From contig JAYOTF010000008.1 of the NCBI GenBank assembly GCA_038150265.1, positions 12,200-76,199 of the forward strand: DNA of 64,000 nucleotides. Direction: 5' to 3'. Below are positions 10,218 through 19,200 of this stretch, one piece after another. How positions within the stretch are numbered: the first letter of the stretch is position 1; each line of letters begins with the position of its first letter. The stretch is from Deltaproteobacteria bacterium. Lineage in GTDB: Bacteria; SAR324; NAC60-12. A program made the position numbers and the translations under genes. The notes beneath the pieces were generated by a model. It was given only the letters and a program-made list of their open reading frames with translations, made no database searches and was not told where the DNA came from.

Positions 10218-12620
10218 TTATTGAGCCGGAGTGGGCTCTGGAGGCTCAGCCGCTGGCGCCAGGTCTTCGGCCTCTGCCTTCTGGCCACGAAGCAGCGCCG
10301 GATGCGTCTCCAGTGCCATTTCCAGCGCCTCGGTCAGGTTCCGGATGGCATGCAGCTCCAGGCCTCCTTTGATTTCATGAGGGATGTCCGCGAGGTCCTT
10401 CTCATTTTCAACAGGGTGCAGGACCTGGCTGAGGCCTCCGCGTTTGGCCGCCAGGAGCTTCTCCTTGAGGCCTCCGATTTCGGTGACGTGTCCCCGGAGG
10501 GTGATCTCTCCGGTCATGGCAACATCGTGCCGGACGGGAATCTTGGTGAAGGCGCTGATGATCGCAATGGTCAGCGGCAGGCCGGCCGAGGGGCCATCCT
10601 TGGGGGTGGCTCCTTCCGGAAGGTGCAGGTGCAGGTCGCTCTTGGCAAACAGCTCGGGGTTGATGCCCAGGTAGTCTGCATTGCTCCGGACGTAAGAATA
10701 CGCAGCCTGTGCCGACTCCTGCATGACATCCCCCAGCTTGCCGGTGAGCTGGATCTTTCCGGTGCCAGGCATCAGGGCGGCTTCAATGAGCATCAGCTCG
10801 CCGCCAAAGGAGGTGACGCCGAGGCCCATGGCCACTCCGACTTCATTGGCCTCTTCCTTGGAGTCGTGCTGGAACGGGGGCACCCCAAGCAGCTCACCCA
10901 CGAGCTTGGGGGTGACGATCATGGTCTTGTCTTCCTGACTCTTCACCAGGCGGGTGACAACCTTTCGGCAGATCTTGCCGACTTCACGCTCCAGGTTCCG
11001 GACCCCGGCTTCTCGGGTGTAGTGCTGGATGATCTCCTGAATGGCAGACTTCCGGAAGCGGATGCGCTCAGGTGTGAGGCCATGCTGCTCGCACTGGCGG
11101 GCAATGAGGAAGTTTTCGGTGATGTGCTGCTTCTCCAGCTCGGTGTAGCCGGAGAGCTGAATCAGCTCCATGCGGTCCAGCAGCGGTCCCGGAATGCTCT
11201 GAACCGAGTTGGCGGTGCAGAGGAAGAGGACGTCGGAGAGGTCATACTCCACCTCAAGGTAGTGGTCGCTGAACGTGGCATTCTGCTCCGGATCCAGCAC
11301 CTCCAGCATGGCGGCTGACGGGTCGCTGATGGAGCTCTGGTAGAGCTTGTCGATCTCGTCGATGAGCATCACGGGGTTGCTGCTCTTGCCCTTGCGGAGC
11401 GACTGCACAATCTTGCCTGGCATGGCGCCAATGTACGTCCGGCGGTGTCCGCGGATTTCCGCCTCATCCCGGACCCCTCCGAGGCTGATGCGGACAAACT
11501 TGCGTCCAAGCGCCCGTGCCACCGATTTGGCCAGGGAGGTCTTTCCCACACCAGGAGGGCCCACGAGGCAGAGGATGGGCCCCTTGAGCTTGCCCTTGAG
11601 GTGCGCCACCGCGATGTACTCGACAATGCGTTCCTTGACCTTCTCCAGGCCGTAGTGGTCTTCATCAAGCACCTGCTGAGCCTTGTCGAGGTCGAAGTTG
11701 TCCTCCGTCCGGACCTGCCACGGCATCGACACCAGCCAGTCCAGGTAGTTCCGGACCACATTGGCTTCAGACGACATGGGAGACATCATGCGCAGCTTCT
11801 TCAGCTCCTTTTCCGCCTCCTCGCGGGCTTCCGGAGGCATCTGGCTTTTGGCAATCTGCTCTGCCAGCTCATCGGCTTCCGAACGCATGTCGTCACTTTG
11901 GCCAAGCTCCTTCTGGATGGAGCGAAGCTGCTCCTGAAGGTAGTCCTCCTTCTGGGTTTGGCTGATCTGCTTCTGGGCTTGCTGCCGGACCTCTTCTTCG
12001 AGGGACTGAACCTCCATCTCTTCTTCAAGCAGCGAGGCGATCTGTTCCAACCGAACCTGCGGATCGGTCAGGTTCAGGAGCTTCTGCTTGTCCTCTCGGG
12101 AAATTTCCAGGGCCGAGGCAATGAGGTCTGCCAGGGACTCGAGCTCCACCTTGTCGAGGTTCTTGAGCAGTTCGGTCCGAGTCTTCTTCTTGCTTTGCTT
12201 GAGGTGCCGCATGAAGAGCTCCCGGGCTCGCTGGGCCGAGGCTTCCAGTTTTTCGGGCTCAGCGATGGTTTCTTCCAGGGGCTGAATCTGCGCCAGGTAT
12301 TCGTCTCGCAGCCGGGCGCCCAGCAGCTGTGCGCGCTGCTCTCCTTCAAAGAGCGCCTTGACAGTGCCATTCGGGAGTCGCATGACCTGCAGGACCTTCC
12401 CGAGCACCCCCACTTCATGGAGGTCTGCCAGCTGAGGCTCCTCGACGGAGGAGTCCCGCTGCGTGACCACGAAGATCTTGCGGTCGCCATTGAGCGCGCG
12501 TTCCAGAGCTTCCATCGACGCCTTGCGTCCGACAAAAAACGGGGTGGTGCTCTGTGGAAACACGACCTCCTCGCGCATGGGCAGGAGGGGCAACACTTGG
12601 GGTTTGGTTGAGTCTGTCAT
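10218..12620 (-). CDS. lon: ATP-dependent Lon protease
   Basis: 800 aa. Lon N-terminal domain, AAA+ Walker A (GPPGVGKTS), C-terminal protease domain with catalytic Ser (PKDGPSAG). Confidence 0.9.
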   Translation of the reverse strand: MTDSTKPQVLPLLPMREEVVFPQSTTPFFVGRKASMEALERALNGDRKIFVVTQRDSSVEEPQLADLHEVGVLGKVLQVMRLPNGTVKALFEGEQRAQLLGARLRDEYLAQIQPLEETIAEPEKLEASAQRARELFMRHLKQSKKKTRTELLKNLDKVELESLADLIASALEISREDKQKLLNLTDPQVRLEQIASLLEEEMEVQSLEEEVRQQAQKQISQTQKEDYLQEQLRSIQKELGQSDDMRSEADELAEQIAKSQMPPEAREEAEKELKKLRMMSPMSSEANVVRNYLDWLVSMPWQVRTEDNFDLDKAQQVLDEDHYGLEKVKERIVEYIAVAHLKGKLKGPILCLVGPPGVGKTSLAKSVARALGRKFVRISLGGVRDEAEIRGHRRTYIGAMPGKIVQSLRKGKSSNPVMLIDEIDKLYQSSISDPSAAMLEVLDPEQNATFSDHYLEVEYDLSDVLFLCTANSVQSIPGPLLDRMELIQLSGYTELEKQHITENFLIARQCEQHGLTPERIRFRKSAIQEIIQHYTREAGVRNLEREVGKICRKVVTRLVKSQEDKTMIVTPKLVGELLGVPPFQHDSKEEANEVGVAMGLGVTSFGGELMLIEAALMPGTGKIQLTGKLGDVMQESAQAAYSYVRSNADYLGINPELFAKSDLHLHLPEGATPKDGPSAGLPLTIAIISAFTKIPVRHDVAMTGEITLRGHVTEIGGLKEKLLAAKRGGLSQVLHPVENEKDLADIPHEIKGGLELHAIRNLTEALEMALETHPALLRGQKAEAEDLAPAAEPPEPTPAQ

Positions 12621-12641
12621 GGGAGTTGTCGCAAAAAAACG

Positions 12642-13871
12642 TTAGCTGGCTACCGGTTCCGCCTGAGACGGAAGGTCGCGCTTGCGGGGGTTCGGGAAGA
12701 AGAAGGTGCCCCAGAGGAAGAGGACTTCCAGAACCGCGACCCCGATGAGGAGCCAGGAGAAGTGCTGCCGGTACAGGGCGCCTGCCAGGGCGGCCCCGAC
12801 AAAGTGTCCGGAAAACTGCGAGAGGTTGTAGACGCCACTGGCGGTGCCCTTGGTGTCGGCGGTGGTGAGCTTGGTCACCAGCGAGGGAAAGAGGGGTTCA
12901 AAGACGTTGAAGCCCATGAAGAAGAGCATCATGGCCAAAATCACACCAGCGCTGTCGGGATGTTCCCACGACCACGCCAAGGCGCCCAGTGAACCGAGCA
13001 GGAAGAGGTTCCCCACCAGCATCACCTCCCGGAAGCGGTTGCGCGTCTCGGCCACAATCGCGGCAGGGATCATGGTGCAGGCGCCTGCCACGAGCATGGG
13101 CAGGTAGATCTGCCAGAGGTCTCCGTGTTCCCAGCCCAGGGTGACCAGCCGGAGCGGGATGAGGAAGAACATGGCCGAGAGTCCGGTGCTGCACACGAAC
13201 GCCCCCCAGTCGATCGTCCGGAGGGGACGGATGGCCCAGACGCGCCCCAGGCCTTCGCGCAGAGACAGCTGCGAGGGCTGAGGAGGCTGTTCCGGATTGG
13301 GAATGCCCCAGTGCAGAATCAGCAGGCTGGCGACGCCCATCAGGGCCATGAGCCAGAAGATGCCGGAGAGGCCGAGGGCGTCTGCAAGCAGCGGCGCCGC
13401 CACAAAGGCGATGCCAAAGGCCAGGCCGATGCTGGCGCCGAGCCCTGCGTTTGCACGGGTCCGGACCTCGTCTCGGGTGAGGTCGGCAATGAGGGCAAAG
13501 ATGGCTGAGCTGATGGCCCCGGCTCCCTGCAGCAGGCGAGCGATGATCATCACGGTGGCACTCTCTGCCAGCGCCCCAAGGATGCTTCCGGCAATGAAGA
13601 ACACCAGCCCCAGGGCAATCACGGGCTTGCGGCCAATGCGGTCGCTCCAGGCGCCCATGGGGATCTGCAGAATGGCCTGTGCGAGTCCGTATCCTCCAAA
13701 GGCGAGCCCAATCAACGCCGGAGTGGCGCCGTCCAGCTCCTGGGCCAGCACACTGAAGACGGGCAGCAGCAGAAACAGGCCACACATGCGAAAGAAGAGG
13801 ATCCCGCTGAGCCCGTAGATGCTGCGTTTTTCCAGAGAGGTGAACAGGGTCTTCTTGCGGGACTTCGCCAT
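12642..13871 (-). CDS. MFS transporter
   Basis: 409 aa, about 12 TM helices. MFS motif A-like (GAWSDRIGRKP). Confidence 0.8.
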   Translation of the reverse strand: MAKSRKKTLFTSLEKRSIYGLSGILFFRMCGLFLLLPVFSVLAQELDGATPALIGLAFGGYGLAQAILQIPMGAWSDRIGRKPVIALGLVFFIAGSILGALAESATVMIIARLLQGAGAISSAIFALIADLTRDEVRTRANAGLGASIGLAFGIAFVAAPLLADALGLSGIFWLMALMGVASLLILHWGIPNPEQPPQPSQLSLREGLGRVWAIRPLRTIDWGAFVCSTGLSAMFFLIPLRLVTLGWEHGDLWQIYLPMLVAGACTMIPAAIVAETRNRFREVMLVGNLFLLGSLGALAWSWEHPDSAGVILAMMLFFMGFNVFEPLFPSLVTKLTTADTKGTASGVYNLSQFSGHFVGAALAGALYRQHFSWLLIGVAVLEVLFLWGTFFFPNPRKRDLPSQAEPVAS

Positions 13872-13896
13872 GAATCAGGATGCCGGAAATGAAGAA

Positions 13897-14454
13897 TTAG
13901 GCCGCATCAATCGGCCAGTGGTACAGGATCAGGTAGACGAAGACCCCGGTGACCGAGACATAGAGCCACACCGGGTAGGTCCACCGGGCGATGCGCTTGT
14001 GAAAGGGAAACCGTTCGGTTCCTGCAAAGAACAGCGTCATCAGAATCATCGGCAGTACCACCGCTGACAGCACCACGTGGCTGATGAGGATGAAGAAGTA
14101 CACCGTCCGGATGAGCCCCTCGCCCTGAAAGCGAGTATCCCCATGCACCGCGTGGTAAAACAGGTATCCTACCAAAAACAGTGCCGAAAAAGCGACTGCC
14201 GAAAGCATGAACCGAATATGAACCGTCCGGTTGCCTGATTTGATGGCCCGGATGCCGAACACAATGCAGAGCGCGCTGAGCCCGTTCATGAAGGAATTCA
14301 GAGCCGGCATGAAGGTGAGGTCCCAGCTCATCTCGCTTGCAGCAGCTTCTGGCTCCCGGAGGTAGAGCAGCCAGAGCAGAAAGGCAAAGATCACCACACT
14401 CAGAGCAAGCACTCCGGAGGTGGCGGTACGGTTGGAGACGGTCGAGTTAGGCAT
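13897..14454 (-). CDS. DUF420-family membrane protein (cytochrome oxidase-associated)
   Basis: 185 aa, 4-5 TM helices. Conserved His pattern of DUF420 proteins. Lies immediately downstream of the heme A synthase gene. Confidence 0.7.
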   Translation of the reverse strand: MPNSTVSNRTATSGVLALSVVIFAFLLWLLYLREPEAAASEMSWDLTFMPALNSFMNGLSALCIVFGIRAIKSGNRTVHIRFMLSAVAFSALFLVGYLFYHAVHGDTRFQGEGLIRTVYFFILISHVVLSAVVLPMILMTLFFAGTERFPFHKRIARWTYPVWLYVSVTGVFVYLILYHWPIDAA

Positions 14455-14463
14455 CGTTGGAAG

Positions 14464-15447
14464 TCAGGTAGTTTGATTGACAGAAGCAAACGTGGGGTGC
14501 CGGGCGGGCTCTGGCTGCGGCGAGCGCAGCATCAGCAACGCCCAGCTTTCGGCACAGACCAGCACCGTGCTGAAACCGGTGTGCAGCAGCTGCAGGGGCC
14601 AGGGCACTCCGCCGTACACCATGGCCACGCCCATGAGGACCTGCAGCATGATGACGCCCAGGATGAAGGCGGCCACCCGTTGGAGGGTCTGGGGAGCCTG
14701 GTGCTTGCGGAGTTGCCACACCAGCATCACGCTGGCGGCAATGATGACCCACGAAAAGCTGCGGTGGATGTGGTCAATCCAGCCCAACTCCTCCACCCAG
14801 TTGGCTCGAGCCAGCTCTGGGAAGGATCGGTGGATCTCGCCAAGGGCTTCCCGGACCTGAGACCCCAGGATGACCTGCAGGAGCGTGGCCCCATACAGCA
14901 CCCAGCCAATGCGGCGCAGCTTCGCCTTGAGGGCGTCATCCAACTCGATGCGCCAGTGCTCTTCATTGGCAAGGAAGGTGATGTAGAGCAGCAGGCTCAC
15001 CAGCAGCACGGCGCCAAACATGTGGGCCGTGATCATGCCCTGGTGCAGCTCCGAACGCACCACCAGCGCTCCCAGCCAGCCCTCAAATCCCACCAGCAGC
15101 AAGGACCCGAACGCCCCCCAGAAGATCGACGGACGTGTCTTCCGGTAGGCAAAAGATGCCACAAAGGTCGCGGTGATGAGCAGGCCGATGGTGACACCGA
15201 TCAGGCGGTTGATGTACTCGGTCCACATCTTGACCGGGTTGAACAGCGACAGGTCATAACGGGTCGCATCAATTTGGGAAACATCTGAAGGCGGCCACCA
15301 GCTTCCCCAGCAATGAGGCCAGTCCGGACACCCCAGTCCTGCCCCGGAGGCCCGAACCAGTCCCCCGACAAAGACCAGAAACAAGGTGGCCAAAACCGTG
15401 GCAATGGCCAATTTTTGAAACGCGTTCAACTCAGATGAGGTCTGCAT
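14464..15447 (-). CDS. ctaA: Heme A synthase (COX15/CtaA)
   Basis: Multi-TM protein with conserved His/Cys pairs (CPDWPHCWGSW). Start set at ATG 15447 (MQTSSELNAFQKLAIATV...), which is typical of a CtaA N-terminus. The ORF track extends it to 15513. Confidence 0.8.
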   Translation of the reverse strand: MQTSSELNAFQKLAIATVLATLFLVFVGGLVRASGAGLGCPDWPHCWGSWWPPSDVSQIDATRYDLSLFNPVKMWTEYINRLIGVTIGLLITATFVASFAYRKTRPSIFWGAFGSLLLVGFEGWLGALVVRSELHQGMITAHMFGAVLLVSLLLYITFLANEEHWRIELDDALKAKLRRIGWVLYGATLLQVILGSQVREALGEIHRSFPELARANWVEELGWIDHIHRSFSWVIIAASVMLVWQLRKHQAPQTLQRVAAFILGVIMLQVLMGVAMVYGGVPWPLQLLHTGFSTVLVCAESWALLMLRSPQPEPARHPTFASVNQTT

Positions 15448-15778
15448 GGAACGATCCTGAAAATTGGGAGAATAGGGTCCTCGAAAAAGGATTCCAAAAA
15501 TGAGCCGAATCACAAGCTTTATGCGGGTTTACGCCCGGGGAAGACCCCTGCTGGAGACCGGGAAAATGCGGGCGGAAAAGGCGGGCCGGCGCTGAGTTGC
15601 TCTTGCCGAAGAACGACGTCTCCTGAGGGCTCAACGTGGAAACCTGTTGCCGACACGGAGCGATGCTGCGATGCTACTCCCGGCGAAGGCGCTTCCATGG
15701 GGAAGGGCCGATACATTTCAGAACCTGCCGGATGTCAGCGTGGAAATCGCCTCCGGCTTACTTCCACAAGAGGTCTTG

Positions 15779-16477
15779 ATGAGCAACCTACTGTTTTCTC
15801 TGCCAGAACCGCCTTCTGTTGCTGTGCAGGGCGAAACGCAGCGTTACCCGGTGTACCGCATTTTCTGCGTGGGACGCAACTACGCTGCCCATGCAGCGGA
15901 GATGGGAGCCGAAGTGGACCGAGAGGCTCCGTTTTACTTCACCAAGTCGGCCAGAGCCATTGCTCACTCTGGCGACTCCGCCCCCTACCCTCCGGGCACG
16001 GAAAACTTCCACTATGAGCTGGAGCTGGTGGTGGCGCTGGGGAAGCCGGTTTTCCGGGCCAGTGTGGAAGAAGCCGCAACCGCGGTGTATGGCTACGCTT
16101 GTGGGCTGGACATGACGCGACGGGACCTGCAGATCAAGGAACGCAACAAGCAGCGCCCCTGGGACCTGGGCAAGGATGTGGAGCATTCGGCGGTCATGAC
16201 GTCCATCACCAAGGCCGACGCGTTTGGCGCCATCGGTGATCAGCGCATCTGCCTGAAGGTGGGAGAGGAGATCAAGCAGGATGCGCGGCTGAGCGACCTC
16301 GTTTGGTCGGTCCCGGAGGTCATCAGCCACCTTTCCGGCTACTACCACCTCCAGCCCGGTGACCTGATCTACACCGGAACGCCCGCCGGCGTGGGCCCGG
16401 TTCAGCCGGGAGATGTCCTGCAGGGCACAATTGACGGCCTGGACCCGCTGCAGTTCACGATCACGGATCCGGAGTAG
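15779..16477 (+). CDS. Fumarylacetoacetate hydrolase (FAH) family protein
   Basis: 232 aa from ATG 15779 (MSNLLFSLPEP...). FAH-family fold signatures (YRIFCVGRNYAAHAAEMG; HYELELVVALGK). The upstream ORF-track extension is unlikely to be coding. Confidence 0.75.
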   Translation: MSNLLFSLPEPPSVAVQGETQRYPVYRIFCVGRNYAAHAAEMGAEVDREAPFYFTKSARAIAHSGDSAPYPPGTENFHYELELVVALGKPVFRASVEEAATAVYGYACGLDMTRRDLQIKERNKQRPWDLGKDVEHSAVMTSITKADAFGAIGDQRICLKVGEEIKQDARLSDLVWSVPEVISHLSGYYHLQPGDLIYTGTPAGVGPVQPGDVLQGTIDGLDPLQFTITDPE

Positions 16478-16492
16478 GCCCTGCGGCGGAGG

Positions 16493-17557
16493 TCACACGG
16501 AGGGACCCGCCTTGCCGGCTTCCACAAAGGCGAGGACGTTTTCGAAGGGAGAGCGTTCAAGCAGACCGTGGCTGAGGTTGAGGATGTGGTGGGTCCCTCC
16601 GCCGGCTTTCAGGCAGGCCTGGACGGCTGCTCGGACCTGTTCGGGAGTGCCATCTGCCAGGATGGTGTTGTCCACATTGCCCTGAAAGACCATCTCCGGC
16701 GCCTGCTGCTTCGCGGCCTCAAGGTCCACGCAGTGCCCCACGCTGAGCGCCTGGGCTCCGGATGCCAGCATCAGGTCGAGGTGTGGGCATTCCTTGGCAA
16801 ACAGCAGGGTCGGTCCCTGATCGGCAAGTGCCTGGAAGATGCGCTGGTGCGTCGGCAGGGCGAGGGCTTCATACAGCTCCCGAGGCAGCACATCGGCAAA
16901 TGACTCAAACAGCTGCACCGCCTGGGCTCCGGACTCCAGCTGATAGCGGAGGTAGTCGATGGTGAGGTCGGTGAGGGTGTCCAGGAGCGCCTGAGTGACC
17001 TCCGGCTCCTCGACCAGGAAGCGCAACACGGCTCCGGGGTCGCGGTTGGGGCTTCCGCCGGCAATGAGGAAGAACGCCAGGGTAACGGGGGCACCCGCAA
17101 ATCCAAGCACCGGCAGGGCGCCGTCCAGCCGGTGGTGCAGGCCCTGAAGGATCGCGCCAACATGCGGGAGGTCCCGGGCCGAGTTCAGGGGCCGGAGGGC
17201 TCGGACCTGCTCCAGCGTCCGGATGGGCGCCTCGAGCTGCGGACCCGGCCGGAAGTAAAAGGGCGCGCCGATGGGCGTCAGCGGGGTGAGGATGTCCTGA
17301 AACATGATGATCGCATCAACCCCAAAACGCTGGGGCAGCAGCGAGATCTCAATGGAACGCTCGACATCGGCAAACAGCGCTTCAAGCGCCCGCCCATCCT
17401 CTGCCCGCAGACGACGGTACTCCGGATCGGTGCGTCCGGCCTGACGCATCATCCAAACGGGCACCCGAGGAACCGGCTGGCGCTGGAGGACACGGAGGAT
17501 CAGGTCATTTTTCAGAGGGGGCGGTTGAAAGGGCATGAGGGCTTCTTCTGGTTGCAA
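16493..17557 (-). CDS. hemE: Uroporphyrinogen decarboxylase
   Basis: 354 aa. N-terminal motif (NDLILRVLQRQPVPRVPVWMMRQAGR), typical HemE length. Confidence 0.9.
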   Translation of the reverse strand: MQPEEALMPFQPPPLKNDLILRVLQRQPVPRVPVWMMRQAGRTDPEYRRLRAEDGRALEALFADVERSIEISLLPQRFGVDAIIMFQDILTPLTPIGAPFYFRPGPQLEAPIRTLEQVRALRPLNSARDLPHVGAILQGLHHRLDGALPVLGFAGAPVTLAFFLIAGGSPNRDPGAVLRFLVEEPEVTQALLDTLTDLTIDYLRYQLESGAQAVQLFESFADVLPRELYEALALPTHQRIFQALADQGPTLLFAKECPHLDLMLASGAQALSVGHCVDLEAAKQQAPEMVFQGNVDNTILADGTPEQVRAAVQACLKAGGGTHHILNLSHGLLERSPFENVLAFVEAGKAGPSV

Positions 17558-17666
17558 GGGGGCCGTGGCCAGTCCGGTAACTGGCAGCCGGCAGAGGGAA
17601 TTTGACTGTTCACAGCGATTATCCTAAACCCATACGATCGACTTCAAAACCATTTTCTGAAGAGTT

Positions 17667-18566
17667 ATGCCGCCTGCCACCCCGAATTGCCTCCGCTGTC
17701 ACGACTCCCACGTCTTTGTGCACACCGTCTCCGGCCAGCGTTACGCCCGGGCGCGTCTGTGTGACTGCACCCCCAAGCCGTGCCCCACCTGCGAGGGGTC
17801 CGGGTTTGTGCTGACGTACGATGAACAGGACCGGGAGACGGCGATGGCGTGTCCGGATTGCAGCCGCCTGAAGCGCCGCCTTGAGCTGTACAACGAGGCA
17901 CGCATCCCGAAACGGTACCTGCACAGTCGCCTTGACCCGCAGGATCAGGATGGAGAAAACTCGGCGGCCTTCGGATTGCTGGAAGTGACGCTCCGGAACC
18001 TGCCCCACCACCTGCAGCAAACCGAATCGCAGCAGGTGGAGCGAGACCTCAAGGGGCTGGTGCTGATGGGGCCTCCCGGAACCGGAAAGACGCACCTGAT
18101 GGCCGGATTCACCTACCGCTGCACCGTGGAGCTGGGCATCTCCTGCGTGTTTCAGGGCTTCTCGGAACTGCTTCATGAACTCCGGCAGGGCTACAACAAC
18201 AACCAGTCCGACATGGAAATCATTGGCCCGCACCTGCAGGCGGATGTGCTGATCATTGACGACCTGGGGAAGGGCCGAAACAGCGACTGGGAGCTGAGCA
18301 TCCTGGATACCCTCATCTCGGAGCGCTACAACCGGGACCGGATGATCATGATCACCACCAACTACACGGAGCATGAGGAAAGCACCCTGCACGAGCGCGT
18401 CCTCAAGCGCGAGCGCAACGAGCCGGCGGCTCAATTCATGGCCGATACGCTCCGGACGCGTGTGGGCGAGCGCATTTACTCACGTCTGCGGGAGATGTGT
18501 TACTTCGAGGAGCTGCTGGGACGGGACCGCCGACAGGCTGCTGAAACCGAGTCGCTGAGCGTTTGA
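17667..18566 (+). CDS. DnaC/DnaI/IstB-family AAA+ ATPase with N-terminal Cys-rich zinc-ribbon (DnaJ-type CxxCxGxG motifs)
   Basis: 299 aa. N-terminal CLRCHDSH...CDCTPKPCPTCEGSGFV...CPDCSRLK. Walker A (GPPGTGKTHL), Walker B (VLIIDDLG), sensor region. There is no adjacent IstA transposase. Confidence 0.7.
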   Translation: MPPATPNCLRCHDSHVFVHTVSGQRYARARLCDCTPKPCPTCEGSGFVLTYDEQDRETAMACPDCSRLKRRLELYNEARIPKRYLHSRLDPQDQDGENSAAFGLLEVTLRNLPHHLQQTESQQVERDLKGLVLMGPPGTGKTHLMAGFTYRCTVELGISCVFQGFSELLHELRQGYNNNQSDMEIIGPHLQADVLIIDDLGKGRNSDWELSILDTLISERYNRDRMIMITTNYTEHEESTLHERVLKRERNEPAAQFMADTLRTRVGERIYSRLREMCYFEELLGRDRRQAAETESLSV

Positions 18567-18567
18567 C

Positions 18568-19185
18568 ATGACCCTTGAAGCCTGGCTCACTTACCTGGCT
18601 GCCACCACGGTGCTGCTGGCGATCCCCGGACCCACCATTTTGCTGGTCATCAGCTACTCGCTCGTCCGGGGCCGGGCCGCCACGCTGCCGCTGATCCTGG
18701 GCGTGACGCTGGGGGACCTGACCGCCATGACGGTCTCGTTTCTGGGGCTGGGGCTGCTGCTGCAAACGGCTGCAGTGCTGTTTCAGGGACTGAAGTGGAT
18801 CGGGGCCGCTTACCTGGCCTACCTGGGCTTCCGGATGTGGCGGGAGCCGGTTGAGACGCTGGAAGACGCCGACGCCGAGGCCCTCCGGAAGTCTGGGCGA
18901 GAGATGCTCTGGCGCTCCTGGCTGACGACGGCGCTCAACCCCAAGGGCATCGTGTTCTTCCTGGCGTTTGTTCCGCAGTTCCTGGTTCCAGACCAGCCGT
19001 TTGTGCCTCAGGTCGTGGAACTGGGCGCCACCTTCCTCTTCCTCGCGGCTCTGAACGTGTTGGCCTACGCGCTCCTCGCCTCACGACTGAGCGGATTCAT
19101 CCGCCGTCCACAGACCCGGACCTGGCTGAACCGCGCCGGCGGAGGCCTGCTGCTCGGGGCAAGCGCCGCGACGGCCGCCACCTGA
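18568..19185 (+). CDS. LysE/RhtB-family amino-acid exporter
   Basis: 205 aa, 6 TM helices. N-terminal motif (LTYLAATTVLLAIPGPTILLVIS) typical of the LysE family. Confidence 0.8.
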   Translation: MTLEAWLTYLAATTVLLAIPGPTILLVISYSLVRGRAATLPLILGVTLGDLTAMTVSFLGLGLLLQTAAVLFQGLKWIGAAYLAYLGFRMWREPVETLEDADAEALRKSGREMLWRSWLTTALNPKGIVFFLAFVPQFLVPDQPFVPQVVELGATFLFLAALNVLAYALLASRLSGFIRRPQTRTWLNRAGGGLLLGASAATAAT

Positions 19186-19200
19186 TTTCCCCAAAAAATT

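Noticed and set aside
17667-18566. IstB-like ATPase as a sign of an IS21-family insertion sequence
   Set aside because: No IstA transposase ORF and no flanking inverted repeats. The N-terminal zinc-ribbon extension is atypical for IstB. More likely a cellular DnaC/DnaI-type protein.
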